Both the position numbers and the translations under genes were made by a program. A stretch of DNA of 32,000 bases from Methanothermobacter thermautotrophicus str. Delta H (GTDB taxonomy: Archaea > Methanobacteriota > Methanobacteria > Methanobacteriales > Methanothermobacteraceae). The notes beneath the pieces are model-generated. The model ran no database searches and was not told the origin of the DNA. It saw only the letters and a list, made by a program, of their open reading frames with translations. This document shows, in pieces, positions 31,361 to 32,000 of the stretch. How positions within the stretch are numbered: the first letter of the stretch is position 1; each line of letters opens with the position of its first letter. The stretch is taken from assembly GCF_000008645.1 (NCBI RefSeq), contig NC_000916.1, forward strand, positions 1,290,001-1,322,000, written 5' to 3'.

Positions 31361-32000
31361 ATGAGAGTTGTACTTGCAGGGACAGGGAGTGCGGTTGGTA
31401 AGACCACAATAGCAACAGGGATAATGAAGGCGCTCTCAGGTAGAGGCGTGCAGCCCTTCAAGGTTGGCCCAGACTACATAGACCCATCCTATCATACCAT
31501 GGCCACCGGCAACACCTCAAGGAACATTGACTCATTCTTCATGACAGAGGCCCAGATAAGGGAGGCATTCACAAGGGCCATGAAATTATCAGGATCCAGG
31601 ATGGGCATAATAGAGGGTGTAAGGGGATTATATGAGGGTATAAGCCCGATAGGAGATACAGGAAGTACGGCATCAGTTGCAAAGGCACTCGATGCTCCGG
31701 TTGTCCTTATAATAAACTCAAGGAGCCTTGTTAAGAGCGCTGCAGCAATGGTCCTAGGATTCAGAAGCCTCGACAGGGAGGTTAAAATAGAGGGCGTCAT
31801 ACTGAACCAGGTCAAGAACAGGAGGCACTACCTCAAGACCAGAAGGGCCGTGGAGGAACTGACCGGCACAGCGGTTATTGGGGGCATACCCCGCAGCAGT
31901 GAACTCGAGGTTGAACAGAGACACCTCGGCCTTGTCCCTGCAGTTGAGAGGGATACCATAGCAGCCCAAATCGAGAAGTGGGGCCTTGCAATGGAGGAGT
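31361..32000 (+). CDS. cfbB: Cobyrinate/Ni-sirohydrochlorin a,c-diamide synthase (CobB/CfbB), 3' end outside window
   Basis: [50 protein letters not shown]...EGVRGLYEG. Confidence 0.88.
   Translation, partial: MRVVLAGTGSAVGKTTIATGIMKALSGRGVQPFKVGPDYIDPSYHTMATGNTSRNIDSFFMTEAQIREAFTRAMKLSGSRMGIIEGVRGLYEGISPIGDTGSTASVAKALDAPVVLIINSRSLVKSAAAMVLGFRSLDREVKIEGVILNQVKNRRHYLKTRRAVEELTGTAVIGGIPRSSELEVEQRHLGLVPAVERDTIAAQIEKWGLAMEE

Overview
The window looks like core chromosome from a thermophilic, cytochrome-less methanogen, most likely Methanothermobacter. That assignment rests on gene content and order, archaeal TATA/SD signals and methanogenesis marker 12, not on a database search. Readable content: rdgB (partial), a Kae1-Bud32 fusion, a CobT-family protein, uppP (frameshifted), ilvE, two tandem tRNA-Val genes, a DUF11-like surface protein, a membrane-anchored Mrr-like protein, surE (frameshifted at the 3' end), a pair of paralogous His-containing membrane proteins followed by a wHTH/membrane pair, an LSm-like protein, methanogenesis marker 12, ilvB-ilvN-ilvC, purD, argF, argS, an archaeal signal peptidase, ilvD, an MgtC/DUF4010-type membrane protein with an in-frame amber, a cupin, a rubredoxin-Hcp fusion, a TrmB-like regulator, archaeal thrS, a ParA-like ATPase (frameshifted) with a small partner carrying a ParB-like N-terminal motif, a radical SAM/HhH protein, a secreted basic Cys-rich protein (disrupted), and partial cfbB/cobB. 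No CRISPR array, transposon or defence island was recognised. The most interesting signals are: (1) the tandem membrane proteins with conserved histidines, one carrying an extracellular Cys/Ca-like module, in a lineage said to lack cytochromes; (2) a ParA plus a minimal ParB-N-like partner with no ParB DNA-binding domain; (3) a rubredoxin-Hcp fusion with a cupin and a divergent TrmB-like regulator; (4) a 56-bp-period tandem duplication between ilvE and tRNA-Val; (5) a cluster of five disrupted conserved genes (four apparent 1-nt losses and one TGG to TAG), which may be sequence error or real decay. I found no clearly new multi-gene system that can be proven from sequence alone.
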